A DNA stretch of 64,000 nucleotides from Tubulanus polymorphus. Lineage: Eukaryota; Animalia; Nemertea. The stretch's first letter is position 1, and each line of letters opens with the position of its first letter. The translations under genes and the position numbers were made by a program. Below are positions 1 to 12,800 of this stretch, one piece after another. The stretch covers positions 6,952,655-7,016,654 of the forward strand of contig NC_134033.1 in NCBI RefSeq assembly GCF_964204645.1, written 5' to 3'. A model generated the notes under the pieces. That model worked only from the letters and a program-made list of their open reading frames with translations. It was not told where the DNA came from and did no database searches.

Positions 1-903
1 AACAGGCTCGGGCCCATTTGGCACCCGTGTGAACAGTTGTTCCGGGCCAAATTTGGCCCTGGCCAAAAATACACGTGTGATCGCGGCTATAGAGACGATT
101 TGTCGGGGCTAAATTGGCTCGAATCAGGTCCGACTTAAATTTTACGTATTGCTTACCAAAGAGCGCGCAGATTTTCATGTTCAAATTCATTTCACATTCA
201 AATTCAAACCCATTCATCCGTTACTAAACAATGCTTAAACCATGGAATCTAAACCGAGTCCATACTTTAACCAAGCGAAGTGACTGTCTTCCAGAACCAG
301 TTTAATTCAACACGCTTAATTTGACTCAGGTCTGGTCCGTCGTTTTTGGTCGGGCAATTAGGCACGGGTCCATTTTGCGCCCATTACTGTTTTTTTTTCG
401 CCAGATCTCTCCGTCCCTACAACTTTTAACTTGATTTTTATCATCCACGTATTTTAATTTCGATTCTTTCAGCTTGTGTTAATTTTATACTCATGCACAC
501 TGATTATAATTTGCAGCAGTGCGCTATATAATGAAATAAGTAATATGGATTGTTAATATCAATATCAAGTGTGAATTTACAGTTGTAAAATAAATGATTT
601 GATTAACAGTATAATTTGATCTAGGCCTCCCAGCGTCAATCAATGAAGAAAAAAGAAAAAATTTAACTAGTCAAAGACTCAAGATCAAGTAAAGAAAAAC
701 AAGATGCATTCTAACAACTGATTGCGATGTGAAGACTATATTAGGCTTATTATTAGAACCTGCACTACGGCTATTCAACTCTCTATAAATCATTCGTCGC
801 AGACCCTCAAATACCGTGTACATTATCACTCAAATTGCCTAAATATGTCTGGTGTCGTCGCTATATTATACTACTTATTAAAACAATTATTACACCAATA
901 TAA

Positions 904-1020
<117 letters not shown>

Positions 1021-1469
1021 ATCATTCTAAAAGCTCACGTTTTTAGCGTTTAGTGGTTTGGAAGAACATTCATCACAAAGTCTATATTTCGAATAACAGA
1101 CCAGGTTCAGTTTCCTTCGTTTGACATTCGGAGGAATATTCCTCCCAAGGTCAATTTTCACAATAGCGGTCCTCTTAATTGGTGACACTCAAAGAACGCG
1201 CGGCTCAGATTTCTATTGTGCGCCTATCGCGCGCTGCGCGTGAATCACTTAGGTAATCTTTTCTGTAAATGTGAAGACCTCGGGGGCATTATGTTTTCTA
1301 AAGCCCAATGTTATCCCAAATTCCGGACTGTTAATAGGTTGATTTTACGGCAGAGTCGACATGTTTCAACAATTTTTAACTGTTCACTTATGAATAGTTG
1401 AGGACTTATGAACTAAAAATTAGTAAAATTTTTGATACATTTTGAGAAAGTCACAAAACATTTGAGACT

Positions 1470-1812
1470 GCGTTTATTTTCTTTTGTTAAACATAAATCT
1501 TTATAACGCATGAATAAATCATAATCATCTAATGAAAAAACTGTTTCTGGTCCAATCGTTATAGTTGATTTTTTAATCAAATATCTTCCAACATTATCGA
1601 CAACATAATTGTTATTATTACCAGTTACTTTTATATCAGCTGATAAATGAATACTATTTGGAACATAAAAAGTATTTTGTGTTAATCGAGGAATTCTAAC
1701 ATATAAAGTTTATATAAGAAGGATTATGAGTAATGATATGATGAGATCTTTCTGCTTTAATTGCATTAGATATTCTAGAATTCTTAGAAGGATTTATATA
1801 ATTCCCACTCAT
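1470..1812 (-). pseudogene. Probable major capsid protein (double jelly-roll), N-terminal fragment
   Basis: Hand translation: MSGNYINPSKNSRISNAIKAERSHHIITHNPS..(frameshift)..LYVRIPRLTQNTFYVPNSIHLSADIKVTGNNNNYVVDNVGRYLIKKSTITIGPETVFSLDDYDLFMRYKDLCLTKE. It matches my recollection of invertebrate Maverick capsid N-termini (NPS..L.VR.P....VP.....N.GR......DL). Confidence 0.6.
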
Positions 1813-1832
1813 TTATTAAGAAATAAAATTAC

Positions 1833-3258
1833 TTATTTATTTTTTATCATATTCACTAATCCAAAAGTAATAGCACTAACAACTGTAATTAAAAATAAAA
1901 TAATATGTTCAGCAGCAAAGTTAATAATGCTTCCTGCAGATTTCAATATAAAACCAACAATTAATGCTATTATTCCGGGTAATGCTGCAGGAGATTTTTT
2001 AGATAATTCCTTTAGATATTTTGCTAATTTTTTTAAACCATCTTTAACTTAATCTTGTATAGAATTATTGACTTGGTGGTTTAGGATTTGGTGTAGATTT
2101 TAATGAGTTTGAAATAGCTAAACCTATTGTTGTAAATAACATAGTTACAGCTGTTAGAATTGAAAGAATTGTGATACTTTCTAACTTAAATAATAACTTT
2201 ATTCTATCTTTTAATGATATATCAGAATTTGGTTTTATTAACAAATCTTTAAAAATAACTTTTAATCTATTAATATTATAATCATATGATTTTGATAATA
2301 ATTTCATTTCTTCTTTCTGAAATTCTATGTTATATTCTAAATCATCAATTTCTTTTTCTAAATATGCATTTCTTTTTTTAAATTCAATTTCTTCAATAAC
2401 TTCATTATATCTTTCTAATTTCAATTGTTCTATTTCTTTAATTTTATCAGTTTTTTCTTTTTTCAAAGTTCTAATTTTAAAATCTCTTTTACTTTTTTCA
2501 TGCGCAAATTTATCAGCTTCATTTCTTATACTAATAATTTCTCCAATTGCTTTATCAGAAAATATATTTAAATCTTTTAATTGTTGTTCTGTTGTATCTA
2601 TTAATCCATTCGGTAAAAGTTTTCAGTTTGAACTTCGGTTAATTTAAGTTCACTGGTTTTTGAATTAATAAATTCTTTAGGAATTGTTTCTGGTTCTAAA
2701 TTTTCATTAATTATCTTCAAAAAATCATCATTTCTTCGAATAAATTCTTTTCTATTTAGAGTTATCGCTTGTTCTGTAACATCAGTTATAACATCATTAT
2801 TGATTTTATTAATTCTAGATTGTTCAAGTTTAATTAAAGTTGGTTTTGTTATTATTTTATCAAGACTTTTATTAGAAGATATCTTAAAATAATAGTCATC
2901 TTTCAAATGCCAATTGTAATCACCATTTAAATATTTCAAATCTTTTACTAAATAATTCACACCTTTATTTATTAGTTATATTGAATCCAGATTTTTTAAT
3001 ATTGGTTTAAATTTTTCAGTTATTTCTTCATATTCTAATTCTTTTTTTTATCAAATCTGGATTTTCATTTTCACTGTCCAATCTTGAACGTGCTTTATTA
3101 ACATATTCATTAGTATCAGGTCTTGCTAAATTAGAATTATATGCTGTTTCATTATCGTTACAAAAACTTGTTTCACTAAAATCAGGTTGTGGTTCATCAG
3201 TTATACCGGGTTCATCAAAAGTATCCATTCCAATATCTTCTCCACCTTCTACTTCCAT
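1833..3258 (-). pseudogene. Maverick coiled-coil protein with C-terminal hydrophobic/amphipathic helices
   Basis: ORF pieces 3028-3258, 2601-2960 and 2065-2466, plus the tail KDGLKKLAKYLKELSKKSPAALPGIIALIVGFILKSAGSIINFAAEHIILFLITVVSAITFGLVNMIKNK* ending at 1833. Homologous to 26799-28090. Confidence 0.75.
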
Positions 3259-3274
3259 TTATACAATAAAAAAT

Positions 3275-3785
3275 TAAAATTTAAAGTATAATATTCCTCC
3301 TATTACAATTCCTAAGTTATAGCTAATTTAGTATTTTCATGTGATTTATTATCATTATTACTTTTAATTATTTCATGTTGATTAATATCAGTTTTTATAT
3401 TTTCTGTAGTATCATAATCAGGTTTAGAATCATTATTTAATTTAATATTCTTTGTTTTAGTTTCCGTTGATAGAATATGCTTTTTAATTTTTTCACCTTC
3501 CATTAGTTTTGGAGCAGTGATAATCTTTTTATTTATATCATTTAATCCAAACTTATTATTTATTGTAGCAGTTTTAATTAGATTATCGTAACCAATTATA
3601 TTTTCCATTTTTAATATTAGATCATCAGAAATAATTAATAAATTAGGACCTATTCAATAATTTAATCTAATATGTGATTTATGTAAATAATATTGATATT
3701 TTACTATATTTTCTGGAATCGATCTATTTTTATCATTATGAATAGAATCTTCAAATAATACCTGAATTGTTTTTGTGTATCAAAT
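3275..3785 (-). pseudogene. Conserved Maverick hypothetical protein, 3' part
   Basis: Reads QVLFEDSIHNDKNRSIPENIVKYQYYL..IGPNLLIISDDLILKMENIIGYDNLIK..TKLAIT..GGILYFKF. The same C-terminal tail precedes the membrane gene at about 26717-26780. Confidence 0.55.
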
Positions 3786-6700
3786 GCCTTTTCCTTTTAC
3801 CATTACTAACTAACTCAATATCATTTCTATTTCTAATATATTTACAAGTCTTACCATAGAATGCATTATTCATTAGTTTGAAGAAATCTTTCTCAAAATC
3901 AGTTTTAGCTTCAGTTCTCTGTTTGGTGTTAAAAATCTATATATTTTTCTAACCACTTAGATTGACTGAATGAAATATATCTATGTACTTTTTTTAGAAC
4001 CATTCCTTGTTTTAGATAAAACTTTAACATTCTATAATGTACTACATAATTATATCTATCTTCTTGAGTTACCATTAACTTTTCTGTATGAATATGATTT
4101 TCGGGTTTAATTCTTTTTTGATAATTTGATAATTCTTCATGAGTTACAGTTTTATGTTCTGGACAGTATGCTAGATTTCTAGATTTAAATTTAATATGTT
4201 CAGGATATTCCAAGTCTACAACAAAAAAGTAACCAGTATCTGTATCATCTGCAATATCTAGGATTCTTTTCTTCCAATCAAATTTATCATTATTTTCACG
4301 TTGTAAAACTTCAGTTAATTCAAATACTCCATAAGGTTGTGGTTCCATCATTGCCCAACCATACAAATTATTTGCATCTATATATAATAACTTATATCTA
4401 GGGTTATCATTTACATTGAAATATCTATCACCTAATACACCTGAAACTCCTCCTCTTATAGATTTTTCAAATAATATTAATTGATCTATATTTGTTAACA
4501 AATCCATTTTTATACATGTAAATTTTAATCCACAATCCCATGTTAAACCTGGACTTGAATAACAATGACATGGATCTATATTAAAATATTTTAGGTTTAC
4601 ATCTCTAAACCTTTCGAATATATCGGTTAATAATAATACATCTGATTTTAAATATAAATCTACTAATTGCCCATGATTTTTCATTCCAAAATGATTCCAA
4701 ATATTCAATGTTCTATTATATACTTCATCTTTAACATATTCTTATCTTAATTCATCATAGAATTGTTCTTTTAATAATTCAGTTATATTAAAATCATTAT
4801 GTGATTTATAAAATGAATATGGAATTGCGCCTTTATATCTCATTAATTGAAAATCATCATTATTTGGGTAGTGTTGCTTTAATATTTTTAATTCATCATC
4901 AACTAATGATTTTGATAAGTTATCTAATGAACTATTTAAAAATCTATATGAATCTATAAATCTTAGGCAACCAAATTGGAATGATACATAATTCTCAGAT
5001 GTTTTAGCTAACATTCTAAATTTATAAGTTGGTATTTTATCTTTTGATCTATTTGAATCTAATCTTTCTATTTCATTATTGATTTCTTCTATTTTATGGC
5101 ATAACTGTTTGATGAATAAATGTGCACCATATCCTGATAGATTATGAAATATAACTGGTACAAAGTTAATTTTCTTAGCTTGTGAGTTACAATTCTCATG
5201 TGCAGCGCCTCTAAACTTTCCATTCAAATGATCATGGTCTCTTACTTTTTTATCTCTAAAATTAAATATCTTTTCACAATAATAACATTTATCTGCAAAC
5301 TCAAATGCTTCGTTATCTTCTTCTGTCATTATAATTTCTATATTTGTATTCAATAATTTACTAAATCTTATTTCATATTCAATAAATAAGTCACAAAAAT
5401 GATTGATAACATTTTCATTTCTATAATCATAATATTCACTTTCAATTAGTTCTGGATAATCAGATTTAATATATAACCCGAAAGCAGCAGCTGATTGATG
5501 AAATTTTTTAATTGTATTTGTTTTTGGTGGTTCATCTGAAAAATCATTTTCATTAGAATTTAATTTCTTTCTTTTATAATATATTTCTTTTCTATCTTTA
5601 TCAGTTAATTCTTTATTTAATGATTCAAAATCTCCATATATAACAAATGGAACTTTATTTTTGTAATCATATTTTTTGAATTCTAATATTTTATCCTTTT
5701 CATTTGGTAAAACTAATTCACAATAATCATGATTTTCACATAATTGTTTATGATTTAATAATGCACCTTCAGTTCTGAATTTATGTAAACATTTTCTACA
5801 TAGATATATTTTATTATCAAAATCATTTTCTGATTTAAAAAATAAATCAATTCTTTTAATCCACATGTAATGATTCTCATAATATAATATATCTATAACA
5901 TCGTTTGAATCATAATCTTTTGATAGATATAAAGGTTCTAATGTATAATGTTTTATATTGTTACCTTTTGTATTTGGTAATTTTATTAAATCAAATACAT
6001 TTATCTTTATATTATTATCTCTTTCTATTTTTGGGATGTTTTTAATTATAACAGGATACTTATCTATCTTATAATTATTTTCAAATGGTTTATAATGAGT
6101 TAATCTAAAACTATGTGTAATATCTTCTGTTGGATGTAAGCAACTTATAATTGTAACTTATAATTGTCCATAGAAAACATTTATCATCTTCATTTTGTAC
6201 ATTTATTACAACATTAGTTTTAAATGGTAGTTTAATATAACTCGATGCTTCAATATCTGGTTCTTTATAATATGATACATTATTTTCATCAATTGGTTTT
6301 GATTTATTTAACTTATTATATTTTGTGTTATACACATGTAAAGTCATAAATATTATTTCATCGAATATTAAACCTGATCCTTCAAAATATTTATCTTCTA
6401 TTTTAGTTTTTACTTCATTATAACATTTATCTTATTTATCATCTATATGTTGTTTATATATAATATGTTGTGAATGAGAATTTATTTTATATATTGGTTT
6501 ATCTTCAGATTTTATAAACTTTACTTTAACTGATATACTAATTTTAGGGTATTCAACATCTATTATTATTTTTATTATTTCTTTCATATTTTCTAAATGT
6601 TTTTTATTTTCTTCTAATGTTTTTCCTTTATGAAACTCGATAGCTGCTGGGCTTTCCTTTATGAAACTCGATAGCTGCTGCTATCACTTTCAAATGCTTC

Positions 6701-7179
6701 GGTTATCTCTATATCTATTTTATTATCTAATGAATTAATATAATTTCTTACATCTTCCATGTATGGTCTTTTATTGTTTAATTTATTTTTTATGCTTTAA
6801 TATAATTTCTTACATCTTCCATGTATGGTCTTTTATTGTTTAATTTATTTTTTATGCTTTTAATTGTCTTCTGTTTCTTATCATTATCTTTATCAAAATA
6901 ATCTTCACCTAAAATATCATTATTCATATTTCTAATATGACTTTTAGATTTTAAATGTTCTTTATAATATCTTTTATCACTGAATGATTGATTACATGTA
7001 TCACATTTGTATGTTTCTATTTCATTCTTTAATTCATCTAATTTAGTTTCTAATATATCATCTTTATATTCTAGTTTCAATTTATTCTCTGAATGTGTTT
7101 TAGTTTTATTGTGTCTTGATTTTTGGGATTTATCTATATTGATATTACATGTTGGGCAGTAGTACTTATTTGTTTCCAT
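3786..7179 (-). pseudogene. polB: Protein-primed family B DNA polymerase with N-terminal C2H2 zinc fingers and an endonuclease-VII-like insert (3'-truncated)
   Basis: Motifs CPTC..H..H zinc fingers, NVQNEDDKCFLW, exonuclease YGDFES, HDHLNGKFRGAAHENCN, FHNLSGY, FIDSYRF, SIRGGVS, YIDANNLYGWAM, KLMNNAFYGKT. Broken by stops; ends at a deletion near 3786. Confidence 0.93.
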
Positions 7180-7419
7180 TTTAATACTAATTTTTTTTTT
7201 TGAATTGATTTTAGAAGTTCAATGATTTATATGTGTATTATTTCAATCACACTTTACTAACACTTTTAATGTTTAAAAATCTAACTCATACAAATATAAA
7301 TATTGAAATAATGTTTAAAATATATATATATATATATATATCTATTCTATAAGAGCTTACACTTTTATATTGAATAATCTGTAAATTTAAATGTTATTCA
7401 TGTATATGATTATTTTAAG

Positions 7420-7589
7420 AGTAATAGGGGTTTAGTTGTTCTAGGTTAAAGGTTGAATGGTTGTTATCTTAATTCTACTTGAATTAGTCGCGCACACTCC
7501 TAATTCAAGTAGAAATTATTATTATTTCACATTTGGAAAATTTCTCGACCGTTCGACCTTTGATCTAGAACAACTAAACCCCTATTACT
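7420..7589. repeat. 170-bp nested inverted repeat with AGTAAT...ATTACT ends (Maverick terminus or mini-element)
   Basis: 7420-7461 is the imperfect reverse complement of 7548-7589. Inner hairpin ttctacttgaattag / ctaattcaagtagaa. No TSD (tttaag vs aacgat). Confidence 0.8.
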
Positions 7590-9014
7590 AACGATAACAT
7601 GACCTTCAAGTGAATATGAAGTTGACTCAATTTCTAAAGAAAGCAACGTATCTTCTCGTGAGTTTCTTACATCGTTGTCACCGGGTGAGATATACGCTGC
7701 GCATATGAATAAGTCTTTATCTAATTTAAACTTGCGGTGATCGAGTTTAATCCATATAAAATCACGGTTTGTTGCTGGGATAATATTAATGCCGCATGCT
7801 TGCTCAGTCCAATACAATATAAGGATGCCTCCAGAATTTCTTTTCGCTCGAGGGGCTTTTTTTCTTGTATGGTGTATATGCTTAAACTCTGACGGTATCG
7901 GTAATACGCTATTGCGATTACCCCAAGTTTCCGTTAATATAATAATGTCATTATTTTTAACGATTTTATCCACAATCGGTAGTTCTAGTTTGCATATACG
8001 TGTTTTATTTGAGCGTATATGAAGCCCATTTATATTCAAATGGGTTATTCGTAGTTTTTTACTGACGCGACTAGTTTCCTAATGAGCACCGGAGGTGCCT
8101 GTGCGCGGGTTAAGATTAATGGTCGTCTCCTTAACATTGGTCGTATCCTTATCAGTCGTCTCGATTATCTGTGTGTCACTGCTATTCGATAAGTTCTTTT
8201 CTGGATTAGTATATTTATTTCCGTCGCCATCGTATGGTTTGCCATCGATAAATAGTCAACCTTCCCAGTTAAAGAAGGCTTTGTGACCGTTCTTAATTGC
8301 TTGCCGTTTTATTGGTATTTTCTCTCGAATCTTTGAGGCCGTTTCCGGGCAATAGTCTTCACTTATTGATATGGTCGAGTTCTTAAGTTTATATGCGTTT
8401 CGTCGCACACGCTCTCTATCGGGGATATGCGTGAATCTAGCAATTATTCCACGCGGGCCGAGTTTGCCTGTTTTGCGATTAATTCTATGTACACGCTCGA
8501 ATTTAATTTCATCCGGTTTTTCTACCTCCAAAGTTTCTTTAAATTGTTTTACGGATTGTTTCCTCACAATTTTCTCGCTAGTCAGTGTTATGCTCCGGAA
8601 CCCCGTAGAAAATAAAATTATCACGTCTGTCATAATTTTCTAGCTTGTTAAGTCTTTCAAATCTTTTTTTAGATTGGTCGTGGATGTCCGAGATTATCTG
8701 TTTTGATTGAAGCATGTTTCTCCTTATCTCATCATTCTCTAAGCGAGTGTTCGTGATAGTGTTTTTTGTTGCTGTGAGGTCGCTCTCTACACGGGTTACA
8801 CGAGTCGTTAGTTCGTTCAGTGAAGCTGATATGTTTGTTCTCTATCCAGACATTCTACTTTACGGTCTACGCTAGGGAGAATATTCACTTTATCAAGCAC
8901 ATCTTTAAGCATAGATTCCAATTTGCCACATCCTTCACACACCGATATTGCTGGTTGAGCCCGGGAAATACGACCGGATTCGATATCTAGGTATTCTAGA
9001 GTTTTCCGGTTCAT
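7590..9014 (-). mobile_element. Non-LTR retrotransposon 5' fragment (ORF1 and APE endonuclease)
   Basis: ORF1-type segment ERVHRI..PRGIIARF..KLKNSTISISEDY (8256-8633). APE domain NINGL..DIIILTETW..RNSGGILI..IWIKL..AYISP (7590-8039), cut at the AGTAAT terminus. Confidence 0.88.
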
Positions 9015-9495
9015 GGTGCTGTGTGTACAGAAACTAAAAGTGGTTGGGTTAGGTCTACGCTTAGTTTAGCGGGGATGGAGACGTCGATTTTTAAGGCGCA
9101 TTCAACGAGATCAGCATTCACGAGTGCAATGTATAAAAGTGGAGTGCCAGTGGATGACATATTTAAGAAAGTAGGTTGGAGGAATGCTGGAACTTTTGGA
9201 AAGTTTAATAATAAAGATCTTGTGTCAACAGATTAAGGGGAAAAATATATAAATTTGTAATATCTTTGAATTTGAAAATAATGAAGTGGTTTACATTATT
9301 TCTTTTAGTTGGGCTTTGAATACTATCATGCTTTAAGGTCTCATGTTATCCGAAGTGACCTAGTTTGACGATTCGATAGAATTATTAAATTAAACGAGAC
9401 TTACCTGTAAGTCGAAGTTTGATTGAGATTCTATCGAATCGTCATTCGGGAACGGAGAGATAACTTACAGGTAAGTCTTGTTTAATTTAATAATT
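9015..9495 (+). mobile_element. DIRS-like retrotransposon 3' remnant (tyrosine recombinase C-terminus and terminal complementary repeats)
   Basis: ORF 9021-9236 has AGMETSIFKAHSTRSA..GW..AGTFGKF(Y>N)NK. Nested inverted repeats 9366-9382/9428-9444 and 9380-9412/9463-9495 resemble the DIRS ICR/ITR. Confidence 0.82.
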
Positions 9496-9762
9496 AAACT
9501 TTGATCTTCAGTAACATCTACAAACTCTAATTTCGTTCTAACTCTATAAATCTTTTTATTTGTTTTATGTCTAATAATATTTTTTAATTTTTTCCATCCA
9601 TTTCTTGTCCAAACATCCATTAATCCATTTATTTGGATTAACTCTTTTTTTACCATATAAAATTTAAGATTTATTTTGTTTTGGAATTATTTCTGAAATA
9701 ATTCTTCTTATTAATATTTGATTATTATATTTTAGTAATATTGGAGGATCAGCTGTTGAAGA
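9496..9762 (-). other. Intein (Hint domain) N-terminal part inserted in the PolB YxD|TDS motif; degenerate and truncated
   Basis: After EILYLD the frame reads SSTADPPILLK (block A-like SVTxDTPIL), then one stop and a +1 slip in an A-run, then VWTRNGWKKLKNIIRHKTNKKIYRVRTKLEFVDVTEDQSLI (block B VTEDH>Q). The sister copy at about 32700 reads EILYFDTDSYIL. Confidence 0.88.
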
Positions 9763-12700
9763 ATCTAAATATAATATTTCAATATGTTTTTCCCCAAAAA
9801 GTGGTTCTAAAACATTATAATAAAAATCATACATTAATAATCTTGATACTTCTTAAACAGTTGAACCAATGAATATAGGTTTATTCAATTTCATTGACGT
9901 TCTTTTTAATTTTAATGCTGTTAAATAATCTTAAAATCTTTTATTCCCTTAGTGTCTAGGACTTGATTGTAAATGTCTCAATCGTTCAGAATTATTTACT
10001 TATTCAATATCATTTCTATTTCTAATATTTTCACATGTTTTTCCATAAAAACTATTATTCATTAATTTGAAGAAATCTTTTTCAAAATCTGTTTTAGATA
10101 TTGTTCTCTGTTGAGTATTAAAATCTATATATTTTTCTGACCACTTCGATTGATTAAATTCAATATAACGATGTACTTACTTTAATTTCATTCCTTGTTT
10201 TAGATAAAATTTCTACATTCTATAATGAACAATGTAATTGTATTTATTATTTTGAGTAAGTACTAATTTTTTTGTAAAAACATGCTCTTTCGGTTTTATT
10301 TTTTTCTGGTAATCACTGAAATAACTATCATCTACGGCTAAATGTTCTGGGCAATAAGGTAAGTTTCTTGTTTTAAACTTTATATTTTCAGGATGTTCTA
10401 AATCAACAACAAAGAAATAACCAATTGGTGCGTCATCTTTTAAACTCATAATTGCGCTTTCCCAATTAGTTTTATCATCATTTTCAACTTCTGTTAATAT
10501 AAAATTTTTATATGGTTGGAGTTGCATCATTGCCCATCCATTAGCGTCACCATATAATAATTAATATTCATCATTTGCTTTAAAATACCTATCTTCCATA
10601 ACACCTCTAATTCCACCTCTAATTGATTTTTTAAATAAGAAAACCATGTCTGGTTCTTTTAACATTTTTTATGACCTGCACTGACCAATGTTGCCAATTG
10701 GCTTCATCCCCAAATTTGGGAAATAATTATCCAAATTTGAAAAATTTCACATAATCATGATATTTGAACCTATATAAACTCCCAGTGAAAGTGGAATAAT
10801 TTTAGCAGCATATTTTCATCTGGTGACACAAAAAAGGTTAAAATGATTCCAAATATGTAATGTTCTGTTAAAAACTTCATCTTTCGCATACTCCTCATAC
10901 ACTCATAGCCTGATGAATAATGAAATAATATTGGTACGAAATTAACTTTTTTAGCTTGTAAATTACAATCTTCATGAGCAGCTCCACGATATTTTGAATT
11001 TAAATGATCATGATCTCTAAGTTATTTATCAAATGAATTAAAACGTTTTTCACAATAACAACAATGAGTTGCATAATTGAAATCAATTTCATCTTCTTTT
11101 GTCATAGCTATTCTTTTATTTTTGTTTAATAATTGTGCAAAATCACTTTCAATTCCATAAGCAGCAGCTCTTTGATGAACTTTTAAATTGTATTTATGAT
11201 TGGTGGGTCTTGAATTGTGTCTTCATTTAATTCATTTCCTTTGTCCATTGATTTCAAAAATTGCTTTTTGTTATATATTTCCTTTCCATCTCGATCAGTT
11301 AATTCTTTATTCAACGATTCAAAATCCCCATAAATTACAAATGGAACAATATTTTTTAAATTTATGATTAGTAAATTTCAACTTACAATCTTTTTTTGTT
11401 GGCATTATTAATTTGCAAAAATCTTTATTATCAAATAATTCTTTATGTTTAAGAAACGCATTTTCTGTTATTAATTTAGATGAACATTTTCTACATACAT
11501 AAATTTTATTATGATGATCACTTTCTGTTCTAAAGAATGAATCAATTTGTTTTAACCACATATAATGTTCATTTTCATCATTTTTATAATACAATAAATC
11601 TATAACATTTTCATCGTCATAATATTCTGTTAAATATGAAGCTTCTAATGTATAATCTTAAATATTTTCACCTTTTGTCTCTGGTAATTGCATTAATTCG
11701 AATACATTTATTTTTTTAAATTATTAACTTTTTCTATTTAGGAATCATCTTTATAGTTACTGGATATTGATCAATTTTATATAATGTTTCGTATTTCCGA
11801 TAATCAGTTATTCTATAAACATGTTCTTCTGTGGGGTGTAAGCAACTAATAATTGCCCACAGAAAACATTTGTTGTCTTCATTTTGAACATTTATAATTG
11901 CTTTTGATAAAAATGGTAACTTAATATAACTTGATGCTTTCATATCCTTTTCTGTTGTAAAGTTTGAATCATTCTTAAACATTTTATTACTTTTTGATGT
12001 TTTATTTCTTTTTGTGTTATAAACATTTAAACCTAAAAATATAATTTCACTCACTGTTAAACCAGAACCCTCAAAATAAATTTCTTCGATATGACGTTTA
12101 AATTCATTAAATATTTTTCTAATTTCTCTTTTATTTGTGTTTTTGAAATTATTTCATCAGAGTGTGTTTGAATATTATACCCCATTTTTACTTCTGATTT
12201 TACAAAACTTACTTTCCCAGAGATACTAATTTTTTGATATTCTACATCTGTTACCAAATCTAGTATTCTTTCCATGATTTCAATAAATTCACTATAATCT
12301 TCTATTGTTGCTCCTTTAAAAAATCTAAATATGCTGCAGGACCAATTTTACTATGGAATGTTTCTAAAATTTCAATTGTATCTTTTATTTCTAGTGAATC
12401 AATATAATTTCTAACATTTTCCATATAAGGTTTATCTAAAATAGATTTAGTTTTTGAAGCTGGTTTTTTACTTGTTGAGGTTTATCATCAAAATATTCTG
12501 TTCCTAAAATATTTGTATTTAAATTTTGTTTGTGTTTTTGTGATTCGAGATGTCTTTTATAATTCCTTTTTACTATAAATTCATTACAAACTCCACATTT
12601 TATGAAGGTGATGTGGTCCTCTAGCCTGAACCCCTGATATTTCAATTACTGCAGTACACACTTCGGTCGGTACAAGAGAAGTACTCATTAAGATATGTGA

Positions 12701-12800
12701 AGGATACAGGAGTTCTTTATGTTCTTTATGTTCTTTAGGCTTATCTATGTTATTATTACATATTAAGACAAGGAGTATTATGATAATAAAATACATTCAT
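9496..12800 (-). pseudogene. polB: Maverick PolB remnant B (divergent, intein-bearing subfamily)
   Basis: ZnF CGVC..H..H, NVQNEDNKCFLWA, DFES, DHDHLNSKYRGAAHEDCN, SIRGGI, KLMNNSFYGKTCEN, KPIFIG, MYDFYYNVL. Has internal deletions and a foreign insert at about 10670-10845. Confidence 0.9.

Larger units (their letters stand above)
1470..7589 (-). mobile_element. Maverick/Polinton-like endogenous virus remnant A (internally deleted)
   Basis: Very AT-rich block. On the minus strand it runs AGTAAT terminus (7589), ZnF/PolB, a deletion junction near 3785, a conserved hypothetical gene, a coiled-coil/membrane gene and a capsid-like N-terminus. Many stops and frameshifts. Confidence 0.85.
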
